A stretch of DNA of 64,000 nt, taken from the NCBI GenBank assembly GCA_002721995.1, contig PBMF01000040.1, positions 8,382 to 72,381 of the forward strand. Direction: 5' to 3'. The notes under the pieces are model-generated. The model had not been told where the DNA came from. It did no database searches and worked only from the letters and a program-made list of their open reading frames with translations. Below, one piece after another: positions 21,591 to 30,721 of the stretch. This DNA comes from Chloroflexota bacterium. Its GTDB lineage: Bacteria; Chloroflexota; Dehalococcoidia; Lucifugimonadales; UBA3495. The translations under genes were made by a program, and so were the position numbers. Numbering within the stretch: the stretch's first letter is position 1; the number at the start of each line of letters is the position of its first letter.

Positions 21591-22424
21591 TCAGTCCGGG
21601 TCGGGGTCGGGTCCGCCCGTCGTCGGGTCTGGGGCATCGGCGGCAGTGCGCTTCACCTGCTCGGTGAGGTTGCCGAGGCGTTCCCTCACCTCGGGGACCT
21701 GCTGGGCCAGCGCCTGGAGGTCCGGGACCGAACGGATGGCGGTTCGTGCGCCCATGGCCTCCATGGCCCGGTGCACCCAGCGCTTGTTGACCTGCAGGAG
21801 CCCGGCGGGCACGCCGGCGATCCGCTCGGCGATGTCGAGGACCCGGTCCTCGATTTCGTCGGTGGGAAAGCAGCGGTTGGCGTAGCCCATCCGGACCGCT
21901 TCGGCAGCGTCGACCGGGTCGCCCGTCAGGACCATCTCCATGGCGTTGCGGAGGCCGACCAGCCACGGATGGACGGCGAAGTCGGGAGTGCCGGCGAGGC
22001 GGAGCACCGGATGTGAGACGGTGGCGTCGTCGGCCAGGTAGACGAGGTCGCAGGCCGCCGCCAGTTCGCTGCCGCCGGCCATGGCGTAGCCGTGGACCTG
22101 GGCGATCACGGGCTTGGCGAGGTCCCAGATCCAGAGCCAGCCCTGTGTCACGTGGTGGGCCCAGGCAGCGGGCCCGGCCGGGGTGTGGTAGGGCCGGTCG
22201 GAACCGAGGTCGGACTTGAGGTCGTAGCCCGACGAGAAGCACGGGCCGGCGCCGCGCAGGATCGTGACGTGGACGTCCTCGTCACGGTCGGCGGCCTTGA
22301 GGGCTGCGAAGAGCTCGCCGCGAAGGGCGTTGCTCAGGGCGTTGCGCTGGTCGGGCCGGTTGAGGGTGAGGCGTCGGACGCCGGGGCGGGGATCGTCGGT
22401 GAGGACGAGCGGTTCGCCGGTCAC
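21591..22424 (-). CDS. Enoyl-CoA hydratase/isomerase (crotonase) family protein
   Basis: ORF track starts at 22490. GTG 22424 (VTGEPLVLTDDPRPGVRRLTLNRPDQRNAL) avoids overlap with the upstream ACAD gene. Confidence 0.8.
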   Translation of the reverse strand: MTGEPLVLTDDPRPGVRRLTLNRPDQRNALSNALRGELFAALKAADRDEDVHVTILRGAGPCFSSGYDLKSDLGSDRPYHTPAGPAAWAHHVTQGWLWIWDLAKPVIAQVHGYAMAGGSELAAACDLVYLADDATVSHPVLRLAGTPDFAVHPWLVGLRNAMEMVLTGDPVDAAEAVRMGYANRCFPTDEIEDRVLDIAERIAGVPAGLLQVNKRWVHRAMEAMGARTAIRSVPDLQALAQQVPEVRERLGNLTEQVKRTAADAPDPTTGGPDPDPD

Positions 22425-22449
22425 GTCGCGTTCCCCGGCTCGGCCACGC

Positions 22450-23610
22450 TCATCGGGCCCGGGGCAGGCCCAGGTGACGTTCGGCCACATTGTTGCGGTT
22501 GATCTCGGAGGTTCCCCCGTAGATCGTGGTGACCGGCGAGTGTCGGGCGTCGTAGTCGATCCACCCGTGGGCGGCAGCGCCCTCGGTGTCGAACCCGAGC
22601 AGGCCGGCAGCGCCGGCCATCTGCTGGAACCAGCCCACGGCCTGCTGGTAGCGGTCGGTGGCGTACAGCTTGGCCATCGAGCCCTCGAGACCCGGGAGGC
22701 CGCCGGTGGCGGCGATCCAGGCTGCCCGGAGGGTCAGCAGCTGGCTGACCTGGTTGGCGATGGTGGTCCGGGCGATGCGCTCGCGCAGCAGCGGGTCGTC
22801 GAGCATGCGGCCGCCGTCGGGGGACGGTGCTCTGGCCGCCCAGTCGTGGACGTGGCGGACCAGGGGGACGCCGGGATTGGTGCCGCCCATCACGCCGCGC
22901 TCGAAGGCCAGTGCCACGCCCATCACGGACCAGCCGCCGTCGACGTCGCCGAGCCGCCACTCGTCGCCGACGCGGACGTCGTCGTAGAAGGTGGCGTTCG
23001 TGCGCTCGGTGGCCATGGTCGGCACCGGCTGGACCTCGATGCCCGGGGTGTCCATCGGCACCAGGAACATCGTGAGGCCCTTGTGCTTGGGGACGTCGGG
23101 GTTCGTTCGGGTCAGGAGGATCACCCAGTCGGCCTCGTGGGCCATCGTGGTCCACATCTTCTGGCCGTTGACCACCCACTCGTCGCCGTCGCGCACCGCC
23201 CGTGTGGTGATGGCGGCTACGTCCGACCCGTGGTCGGGCTCGCTGTAGCCGAGGCAGCAGTTGTGCCGGCCGGTGAGCAGTTTCGGGAGCACCTCCTCGC
23301 GGTGGAAGTCGGTGCCGACGGCGTTGACGATGCCCGCCACGAGCATGGTCACGGCCAGCCCGTCGTAGGGGGCGCCGGCCTTCTCGAGCTCGTTGAAGAG
23401 GACGTAGAGCTCGATGGGGTCGCGGTCGCCGTAGCCGGGCACGGCGCCGGCCAGCAGGCCGGCATCGGCGAGGGCGCCGTTGAGGTCCTTGTCGTTGAAG
23501 GTGCCGGTCCGGTGCATCGCGTCGACGACGTCGGCGGTGAGGTGCGCCTCGAGGAATGCCCGGACCTCGTCGCGGAAGGCGGCGGCACGGGAGGAGAGGG
23601 CGAAGTCCAT
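22450..23610 (-). CDS. Acyl-CoA dehydrogenase (large/catalytic subunit of a probable heteromeric pair)
   Basis: Within ORF 22450..24186, ATG 23610 gives MDFALSSRAAAFRDEVRAFLEAH. Also CLGYSEPDHGSD and the C-terminal IYGGTSEINRN. The upstream part of the ORF is Arg/Pro-rich nonsense. Confidence 0.9.
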   Translation of the reverse strand: MDFALSSRAAAFRDEVRAFLEAHLTADVVDAMHRTGTFNDKDLNGALADAGLLAGAVPGYGDRDPIELYVLFNELEKAGAPYDGLAVTMLVAGIVNAVGTDFHREEVLPKLLTGRHNCCLGYSEPDHGSDVAAITTRAVRDGDEWVVNGQKMWTTMAHEADWVILLTRTNPDVPKHKGLTMFLVPMDTPGIEVQPVPTMATERTNATFYDDVRVGDEWRLGDVDGGWSVMGVALAFERGVMGGTNPGVPLVRHVHDWAARAPSPDGGRMLDDPLLRERIARTTIANQVSQLLTLRAAWIAATGGLPGLEGSMAKLYATDRYQQAVGWFQQMAGAAGLLGFDTEGAAAHGWIDYDARHSPVTTIYGGTSEINRNNVAERHLGLPRAR

Positions 23611-24677
23611 CAGGCGGCGTCCCCGACCGCGGATTCGAGCAGGAGGTCGGCCAGGCGCCGGCACTCGCGGGCCGGGTCGTCGAGCACGAGGGCCCAGGCT
23701 CGGGCTCGGCGGTAGAAGAGCTGGATGTCGTACTCCTCGCTGAAGCCGTAGCCGCCGTGGACGTGCAGGGAGCGGTCGGTGGCGGTCGCGGCGGCCTCGC
23801 CGGCGGCGACCAGCGCCATGCTGGCGAGGGCGGGGAAGTCGGTGACGTCGTTGGTGCCGAGGTCGATCGTGCCGCCGTTGCCGTCGGGGTCGAGGTCGCC
23901 CGACCAGGCGGCCTTTGCGGCCAGCAGCCGGGCACCGTCGAGCAGGCCGGGGAGGTCGGCGAGGAGCTGCTGCACGGCCTGGAAGGCCCCGATGGGCCGT
24001 CCGAACTGGTGGCGTTCCTTGACGTACTCGACCGCCAGGTCGAGCGCGGTGCGGGCGTTGCCGACGAGCGCCGCGGCCGTGAGGGTGCGCCACTCGTCGA
24101 GGGCGCGGCCGTGGGCGGCGTGGGCGGCGTTGCCCTCGGCAACGACGATGGCTCCGTCCAGTGGTCGGTGGGCGAGGGGGAGGCAACCGTGGTTGGCGAG
24201 CGCCGTCATGGACGCCTCTCCCGAGGCCACGACGAGCCGGTCGTCGTCGAGGGCCACGACGTGGGTGGCGACCGCCGCGGCGGGGCAGGCCTCGGCGACG
24301 CCGTCGACCGCGGGCCGCAGGGCGAGCGTGGCGGCCTCGGTGCCCTCGACGACCCCCGCCAGCAGGCCGTCCGGACAGGCGTCGAGGCCGGCCAGCAGGC
24401 GGGCGGCCACGGCGTGCTCGACCAGGGGCAGTGGAGCGATGGCGGCGCCGTACTCCTCGGCCACGACGGCCAGGTCGGCCAGCGTGGCCCCGCCACCGCC
24501 CCGGGACTCGGCCACGCCCATGCCGGGGGCGCCGGTCTCGAGGAGCCGGCCCCAGGCGTCCGGGTCGAAGCCGAGGGGCTCGGCGGCCCGGGCCCGCTCA
24601 GGCCCGCCCTGTCCGGCAAACACGTCGGTGAAGACCTCGCGCAGGGTCTCCTGGTCGTTCGTGAGTGCGAGGTCCAC
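23610..24677 (-). CDS. Acyl-CoA dehydrogenase family protein (smaller partner subunit)
   Basis: 355-aa ORF starting MDLALTNDQETLREVF. Its TGA overlaps the downstream ATG (ATGA at 23608-23612). Confidence 0.8.
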   Translation of the reverse strand: MDLALTNDQETLREVFTDVFAGQGGPERARAAEPLGFDPDAWGRLLETGAPGMGVAESRGGGGATLADLAVVAEEYGAAIAPLPLVEHAVAARLLAGLDACPDGLLAGVVEGTEAATLALRPAVDGVAEACPAAAVATHVVALDDDRLVVASGEASMTALANHGCLPLAHRPLDGAIVVAEGNAAHAAHGRALDEWRTLTAAALVGNARTALDLAVEYVKERHQFGRPIGAFQAVQQLLADLPGLLDGARLLAAKAAWSGDLDPDGNGGTIDLGTNDVTDFPALASMALVAAGEAAATATDRSLHVHGGYGFSEEYDIQLFYRRARAWALVLDDPARECRRLADLLLESAVGDAA

Positions 24678-24774
24678 GTTCCGACCCTACCGGTGGGTCG
24701 TGGTGGGCCTTCGGTCCGCCGGTTCCGGGAGGCCGACTTCCGGCCCGATGGCCGCCCGTGACTATGGTCCGGCG

Positions 24775-25572
24775 ATGGGCGAGGGCTCGGAGGAACTGCA
24801 GGTCGCACGCGACGGCGGCGTGGTGACGGTGACGATCAACCGTCCCGAGGTCCTCAACGCCATGACCGGCGAGATGTTCGCGGACTTCGGGGCGATCTGC
24901 CGCAGCCTGAACGACGACGACTCGGTCCGCGCGGTGGTGGTCACCGGCGCCGACGGCAACTTCTGCTCCGGCGCCGACGTGGGCGGCCAGGCCTCCCGGG
25001 CGACGGGTGGCGAGCCGATGGTGCCGCTTCGCAACATGCGGCGCATCAAGGAGTCGGCGCAGGCGCTCCACGACCTGCAGCATCCGACGGTTGCCAAGGT
25101 GCGCGGCGTGGCGGCCGGGGCCGGCCTGAACCTGGCCCTCGGGTGCGACCTGGTCTACGCGGCCGACACCGCCCGCTTCTCGGAGATCTTCGCCCGACGG
25201 GGTCTGTCCCTCGACTTCGGCGGCTCCTGGGTGCTGCCGCGCCGGGTGGGCCTGCACCGGGCCAAGGAGTTGGTGCTGCTGGCCGAGGTCATCGACGCCG
25301 CCGAGGCCGACCGGATCGGCCTCGTCAACCGGATCCTTCCGGACGACGAGCTCGACGCCCACGTCGAAGACGTGGTGGCGCGGATAGTCGCCGGGCCGCC
25401 GCTGGCCCTGTCGATGTCGAAGGTGCTGTTGGACCACGGCGCCCAGACGTCGATGGCCCAGGCCCTCGAGGCGGAGGGCAACGCCCAGGCCACCAACTTC
25501 GGGTCACAGGACACCCAGGAGGCGGCCCGGGCCTGGATCCAGAAGCGCCCCGCCGAGTTCGAGGGCCGCTGA
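24775..25572 (+). CDS. Enoyl-CoA hydratase/isomerase family protein
   Basis: Within ORF 23779..25572, ATG 24775 gives MGEGSEELQVARDGGVVTVTINRPEVLNAM...GADGNFCSGADV. Confidence 0.85.
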   Translation: MGEGSEELQVARDGGVVTVTINRPEVLNAMTGEMFADFGAICRSLNDDDSVRAVVVTGADGNFCSGADVGGQASRATGGEPMVPLRNMRRIKESAQALHDLQHPTVAKVRGVAAGAGLNLALGCDLVYAADTARFSEIFARRGLSLDFGGSWVLPRRVGLHRAKELVLLAEVIDAAEADRIGLVNRILPDDELDAHVEDVVARIVAGPPLALSMSKVLLDHGAQTSMAQALEAEGNAQATNFGSQDTQEAARAWIQKRPAEFEGR

Positions 25573-25583
25573 GCGGGGGATCC

Positions 25584-25612
25584 GGAGGGAAGAGGCCCGT
25601 CCACTTCCCTCC
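25584..25612 (+). terminator. Hairpin after the crotonase gene (candidate terminator)
   Basis: ggagggaag-aggcccgtcca-cttccctcc has a 9-bp stem and 11-nt loop, 12 nt after the stop at 25572. No U-tract. Confidence 0.35.
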
Positions 25613-25807
25613 TGGTGGCCGACCTCCGCGTCCCCTCCAACTCCTCGACGACGCACGGCCGGCGGGGTGGAGGGTCCCTGACGTCACCGTGGGGACGACC
25701 CCCTGGTGAGTGGACCGGCCAGTGTCGGGTCTCCGGGCAAGTGAGCGTCCGGTGAGCCGTCGGAGGCCCGGCGATGGCCGCCCCCGGTGGAGAAGGAGGT
25801 GGTGTGG

Positions 25808-26755
25808 CTACAACCCTTGCGAGGGGAAGCCGGGACCTTCGTGGTCGCCGCCGGACATGTCGGCGTTGAGGCGAGCCTGCTGCATGAGCGACTCGACGAC
25901 CGGGCCCAGATCGGTGGGCTCGTCGGGCTGCTCGGCGGTGGGGCCGAGGTGCCAGCCCTCGGCGATGCCGAGGTGCCGGCCGCGTATGTCGAACACCCGT
26001 CCGGTCACGTTCTGCGCCTCGGCGCTGCACAACCAGGTGGTGATCAGGGCGATCCAGCGCGGCGACATGGCCTCCATGGCCGACTCGGAGAGGTTCTCCT
26101 CGCCGCCCATGAGCGGGATCGTGAGACGCGAGATGGCGGTCGGGGCCAGGCAGTTGACGGTCACGCCGTAGCGCACCAGCTCCTGGGCGGCGATCAGCGA
26201 GAACGAGGCGATGCCGGCCTTGGCGGCGCCGTAGTTGGTCTGGCCGACGTTGCCGTAGATGCCCGACGGGGACGCGGTGTTGATGATCCGGCCGAACGGC
26301 TCGCCGCCGCCCTTGACGTGGTTGCGCCAGTGCACGGCGGCGTGGTGTGACGGGGCGAAGGTGCCCTTGAGGTGCACGTTGATGACGGCGTCCCAGTCGT
26401 CCTCCGACATCGAGAAGACCATGCGGTCGCGAAGGATGCCGGCGTTGTTGACGAGGATGTCGAGCCGGCCCCAGGTGTCGAGGGCCTGCTGGACCATCTC
26501 GCCGGCGGCGGCGAAGTCGGCCACGTTGCCGCCGTTGACGACGGCCTCGCCGCCCATGGCCCCGATCTGGTCCACGACCTCCTGGGCGGGGGTGAGGTCG
26601 GCGCCGGCGCCGGCCTCGTCGCCGCCGAGGTCGTTGACGACGACCTTGGCGCCCTGCTCGGCCAGCATCAGGGCGTGTTCGCGGCCGATGCCGCGGCCGG
26701 CGCCCGTCACGATGGCGACGCGGCCGTCGCAGAGGCGGTTGGTGGGCTCGCTCAT
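25808..26755 (-). CDS. SDR family oxidoreductase (hydroxyacyl-CoA dehydrogenase-like)
   Basis: 315-aa ORF with VAIVTGAGRGIGREHAL, NNAGILRD and YGAAKAG. Homolog of the low-GC 12846..13751 product. Confidence 0.85.
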   Translation of the reverse strand: MSEPTNRLCDGRVAIVTGAGRGIGREHALMLAEQGAKVVVNDLGGDEAGAGADLTPAQEVVDQIGAMGGEAVVNGGNVADFAAAGEMVQQALDTWGRLDILVNNAGILRDRMVFSMSEDDWDAVINVHLKGTFAPSHHAAVHWRNHVKGGGEPFGRIINTASPSGIYGNVGQTNYGAAKAGIASFSLIAAQELVRYGVTVNCLAPTAISRLTIPLMGGEENLSESAMEAMSPRWIALITTWLCSAEAQNVTGRVFDIRGRHLGIAEGWHLGPTAEQPDEPTDLGPVVESLMQQARLNADMSGGDHEGPGFPSQGL

Positions 26756-26847
26756 GGTTGCTCCAGCGGATTCAGGTGGCGGCGGGGACCGCTGGAGGCT
26801 ACCGGCGGGTAGCCGCGAGGCCCGTGTCGGAGACGGTCACTCCCGGT

Positions 26848-28218
26848 TCAGCAGTCGTCGAAGTCGTCGGGCTCGAGTGACCAGGGGGAGAGGTTCTCGG
26901 GGCCGTCCTCGGTCACCAGCACCTGGTTCTCGAGCTTGACGCCCTGGCCGCCGGCGTATGCCCCCACGTAGGACTCGACGGTCAGGACCATGCCGGCTTC
27001 GAGCACGCCGTCGTAGCCGAACTCGTCCCACGACTCGGGGAACGTGATCGACGGCCACTCGTCGCACTGGCCTGCGCCGTGGAAGAGCACCGAGTAGTGC
27101 CGGTAGTCGTCGACGGAGGGCTTCTGGGAGTCGTGGCAGAGTTCGCGGAACGTGACCCCGGGACGGAGCAGGTGGATGTTGTCCTCGATCTGCCGGCGGG
27201 CCAGCTCGTACACCTGACGTTGGTCGTCGTCGAGGGGCCCGCCGCCGCAGATCCAGGTGCGGGAGATGTCGACCATCATCCCGTACGACCCGACCAGGTC
27301 GGTGTCGAAGGCGACCAGGTCGCCCTCCTGGATGACGTAGCTCGAGCACTCCTGGAACCACGGGTTGGTGCGTGGCCCGGCGGACAGCAGACGGCACTCC
27401 ATCCAGTCGCCGCCCCTCGCGAACATCTCGGCCCACAGCACCGCCCACAACTCCTGCTCGGAGATGCCGGGCCGGAGCGCCTCGAACATCCGCCGGCAGG
27501 CCACCCGGGCAGCCTCCAGCGAACAGCGCATGGCGAGGAGCTCGTCGGGTCCCTTGATGGCGCGAGCCCGTTCCATCACGGCCATGGCATCGACCAGTTC
27601 GAGGCCCTCGGACTGGAGCGCCTGGACGGCGTGGACCGGCATCGGGTCGGCGGCGATCCGGCCGCCCCCGGCCTCCCGGGCCAATTCGGCGATCTCACCG
27701 GCGAACAGGGCGGCCTTCTCGTCGCCCCGCTGGTCGGCGAGGAAGTAGGTGAAGCAGTTGGTGGGTCGGACCTCGGCGATGAGCGGGTTGTGGGCCGAGA
27801 GGAAGTCGCAGGCCGGATAGTCGAACAGGATGAGTGGACCCTCGGCGGGGACCCAGAGCCAGCGTGCCTCGTTGTGGGTGAACCACAGCTGCATGTTCGG
27901 CGCGTTCGTGGCGTACATGAGGTTCATGGGGTCGAACAGGAGGGCGCCGACGAGGTCGCATGCGACGAGTTCCTGCTGGATGCGGCCGACCCGGTACTCC
28001 TGCATGGCGTCCAGGTCGGGGAGTTGCAGGCCTGCGGCCGTCCACTCCGTGAATGCCGGCTCGCCCGGGCCGAGGACCACCCGGTTGCCCTCGGTGGCGG
28101 CCCGCTGGACGAGCGGGTCCTCAAAGGTCCGGCGGATCCTGGCGCTGGCACTTGTTGGTGCGCCCATGGGGCGCCTCCTCTCGTCGAATGGAAATTGGTT
28201 CGGTTGTGCGGTCCTCAA
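26848..28218 (-). CDS. M24-family metallohydrolase-fold protein, DddP-like (possible DMSP lyase family) or creatinase-like
   Basis: 456-aa ORF. A full M24 ligand set is visible (FDTDLVGSYGMMVDIS ... FHGAG ... TVESY ... KLENQ). The blocks FDPMNLMYATNAPNMQLW, KGPDELLAMRC and LLSAGPRTNPWFQEC match my memory of DddP sequences. Its start overlaps the upstream stop (28215-28218). Confidence 0.75.
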   Translation of the reverse strand: MRTAQPNQFPFDERRRPMGAPTSASARIRRTFEDPLVQRAATEGNRVVLGPGEPAFTEWTAAGLQLPDLDAMQEYRVGRIQQELVACDLVGALLFDPMNLMYATNAPNMQLWFTHNEARWLWVPAEGPLILFDYPACDFLSAHNPLIAEVRPTNCFTYFLADQRGDEKAALFAGEIAELAREAGGGRIAADPMPVHAVQALQSEGLELVDAMAVMERARAIKGPDELLAMRCSLEAARVACRRMFEALRPGISEQELWAVLWAEMFARGGDWMECRLLSAGPRTNPWFQECSSYVIQEGDLVAFDTDLVGSYGMMVDISRTWICGGGPLDDDQRQVYELARRQIEDNIHLLRPGVTFRELCHDSQKPSVDDYRHYSVLFHGAGQCDEWPSITFPESWDEFGYDGVLEAGMVLTVESYVGAYAGGQGVKLENQVLVTEDGPENLSPWSLEPDDFDDC

Positions 28219-30668
28219 CCCCGCATGCGCGACCCGTTGGGGTCCAACAGCGGCTGGTCCCGTCGGGTCGCCCTGCGGCGCACCCCCAGGACCTCGATCT
28301 CGAACTCGGTGGCGTCGGTGACGCCGACCGGCAGGTAGCCGAGGGCGCAGGAGGCCTGTGACCAGTGGGCGTAGCCGCCCGAGGTGGCCCAGCCGACGAC
28401 CTCGCCGTCGTGCCAGATGGGTTCGTCGCCGAGCACGTCGGCGGCGTCAGCGCCCTCGCCCGGCTCGAGTGTGAAGGCGCAGAGGCGACGTTGCGGTCCT
28501 GTCTCGCGTTCTGCCAGCACCGCGTCCCGGCCGATGAAGTCGCCCTTTTCCGGCTTGACGAAGCGGTCCATGCCGGCCTCGCCCGGCGTGTAGATGGGCC
28601 GGTATTCGGAGGCCCAGGCGCCGAAGTCCTTGTCGAAGCGCATGCTGTCGAGGGCTCGCAGGCCGAACGGCCGGATGCCGTGGGAGGCGCCGGCCCTCAT
28701 CAGGACGTCGAAGAGCCGGGCCTGGAGCGATGCGGGCACCCACAACTCGAAGCCCAGGTCGCCGGTGAAGGTGATTCGGCCAACGAGGGCGTCGACCATG
28801 CCGACGTCGAGTCGTCGGATGTCGAGGAAGCGGAACGCCTCGCCGGACACGTCGTCGTCGGTCAGGTCGCCGAGGACGTCCCGGGCGCGGGGCCCGGCGA
28901 TCGACAGGCCGGCCAGTTCGTGGCCGAGCGGCTGGTACGCCACGGAGCGGTCGTCGGCGAGGAGTGACCGGAACCAGCGTTCGTGGTAGCCCTCGGCGAC
29001 GCCCGAGCCCAGGACGAGGAACCGTTCGGTGCCGTCGAAGGGGTCGGCCAGCGTGGCCACGGTGAAGTCGCCGATGAGGCGGCCGTGATGGTTCAGCATC
29101 GGGGTCAGCGCCATCCGGCCGGCCGCGGGGATGCGGTTGGCCATGACCCGGTCGAGGAACGCCCGGGCGCCGGAGCCGGTGAACTCGTGCTTGGCGAAGC
29201 CCGTCGTCTCGATGAGGCCGACGCCCTCGCGCACGGCGGCGACCTCTTCGGCGACCACCGGGAAGGCGTTCGAGCGGTGGAACGTGACCTCCTCGACGGG
29301 CTCCTCGCCTCGGCGTTGGAACCAAAGCGCTGTCTCGAGTCCGTACGAGGCACCCCACACGGCGTTGGCCTCGGTGAGCGACCCGTGGATCGGTGAGGTG
29401 TGCAGCGGCCGGCCGACGGGGAGCTCCTCGTTCGGGAAGGTGATGCTGAAGCGCCGGCTGTAGTTCTCCATCACCTTGGCGCGGGTGTAGGAGGGGGTGG
29501 TCCAGTCGCCGAACCGGGCCACGTCCATGCCCCAGATGTCGAAGCCGGGGTCGCCGGTCGTGATCCAGTTGGCCATCGACAGCCCCACGCCGCCGCCCTG
29601 GGACAGTCCGGCCATGACGCCGCACGCCACCCAGTGGCCGCGCTGGCCGCGGACCGGGCCGATGACCGGGTTGCCGTCGGGGGCGAACGTGAACGGGCCG
29701 TTGACGACCGTCTGGATGCCGGCGTCGGCGTAGATCGGGAAGTGCTCGAAGCCCAGTTCCAGCGACGGGGCGATCCGGTCGAGGTCGGGGGTGAGCAGTT
29801 CGTCGGCGAACGTCCAGGGGGTCTCGCGGACCGACCAGGGAACACAGGCCTTCTCGTAGGTGCCGAGCAGCAGGCCCTCGCCCTCGGCCCGGAGGTAGAT
29901 CTCGCCGCCGAAGTCGATGGCGCCGCGGCCCTGGCCGCCGGTCTCGTCGAGCCAGGGCTTCAGTTCCGGGATCGGCTCGGTCAGGAGGTACATGTGCTCC
30001 ATGGCGAGGATCGGCAGTTCGAGTCCGCACATGCGACCGACCTCGCGGGCCCAGAGTCCACCACAGTTGACGAAGTGCTCGCAGGCGATCTCGCCCGTGT
30101 CGGTCTCGAGGATCCACGTGCCGTCGGGGCCCGGGCGGATGGCCCGGACCCACGTGTTCTGGTGGACCTCGGCGCCGGCCTGGCGGGCAGCGGCGGCGTA
30201 CGCCTTGGTGACGCCCGTGGGGTCGACGTGGCCGCCGACCGGGTCCCAGAGGGCGCCGACGAAGTGCTGCTCCTCCATGAACGGGATCAACGCCTTGGCC
30301 TCCGACGGTGTGATCATCTCGGTCTGCATGCCGAGGTAGCGGCCGCGGGCGTGCGACATCCGCAGCCAGTCGAGGCGGTCGACGTCGTCGGCCAGCATCA
30401 CCTCGCCGGTGAGGTGGATGCCGCACGACTCGCCGGAGCGGGCCTCGAGGTCCTTGTAGAGCTGGACGGTGTAGCGCTGGAGGGCGGCCACGTTGGGGTC
30501 GCCGTTGATGGTGTGCATGCCGCCGGCGGCGTGCCACGTGGAGCCGGCGGTGAGGTGCTTCCGCTCGAGCAGGACGGCGTCGGTCCAGCCGGCCTCGGTG
30601 AGGTGGTAGAGGACGCTGGCGCCGACGACGCCGCCGCCGATCACGACGACCTGTGCCTGGGATTTCAC
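28215..30668 (-). CDS. Dimethylglycine/sarcosine dehydrogenase-like flavoprotein (FAD oxidoreductase + GcvT folate-binding domain)
   Basis: 817-aa ORF. N-terminal VVVIGGGVVGASVLYHL. STWHAAG motif (position of the covalent-FAD histidine in this family, from memory). C-terminal aminomethyltransferase-like half. Confidence 0.88.
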   Translation of the reverse strand: MKSQAQVVVIGGGVVGASVLYHLTEAGWTDAVLLERKHLTAGSTWHAAGGMHTINGDPNVAALQRYTVQLYKDLEARSGESCGIHLTGEVMLADDVDRLDWLRMSHARGRYLGMQTEMITPSEAKALIPFMEEQHFVGALWDPVGGHVDPTGVTKAYAAAARQAGAEVHQNTWVRAIRPGPDGTWILETDTGEIACEHFVNCGGLWAREVGRMCGLELPILAMEHMYLLTEPIPELKPWLDETGGQGRGAIDFGGEIYLRAEGEGLLLGTYEKACVPWSVRETPWTFADELLTPDLDRIAPSLELGFEHFPIYADAGIQTVVNGPFTFAPDGNPVIGPVRGQRGHWVACGVMAGLSQGGGVGLSMANWITTGDPGFDIWGMDVARFGDWTTPSYTRAKVMENYSRRFSITFPNEELPVGRPLHTSPIHGSLTEANAVWGASYGLETALWFQRRGEEPVEEVTFHRSNAFPVVAEEVAAVREGVGLIETTGFAKHEFTGSGARAFLDRVMANRIPAAGRMALTPMLNHHGRLIGDFTVATLADPFDGTERFLVLGSGVAEGYHERWFRSLLADDRSVAYQPLGHELAGLSIAGPRARDVLGDLTDDDVSGEAFRFLDIRRLDVGMVDALVGRITFTGDLGFELWVPASLQARLFDVLMRAGASHGIRPFGLRALDSMRFDKDFGAWASEYRPIYTPGEAGMDRFVKPEKGDFIGRDAVLAERETGPQRRLCAFTLEPGEGADAADVLGDEPIWHDGEVVGWATSGGYAHWSQASCALGYLPVGVTDATEFEIEVLGVRRRATRRDQPLLDPNGSRMRG

Positions 30669-30721
30669 GGGTGGGGCGTTCCTGAGGTCACGGGGTGGGT
30701 GGGGGAGCCGGGGTTCCGCGG

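Noticed and set aside
22421-24142. 573-aa ORF (and the N-terminal 190 aa of ORF 22450..24186) overlapping the two acyl-CoA dehydrogenase genes
   Set aside because: The translation is dominated by Arg/Pro/Gly/Ala runs with no recognisable motif. This is the usual out-of-frame artefact of ~70% GC DNA. The in-frame ACAD products have clear family signatures.
28447-30537. 696-aa alternative-frame ORF inside the DMGDH-like gene, plus the 442-aa plus-strand ORF 29400..30728
   Set aside because: Both have Arg/Pro-rich low-complexity translations. The 817-aa frame carries the FAD and GcvT motifs and explains the region.
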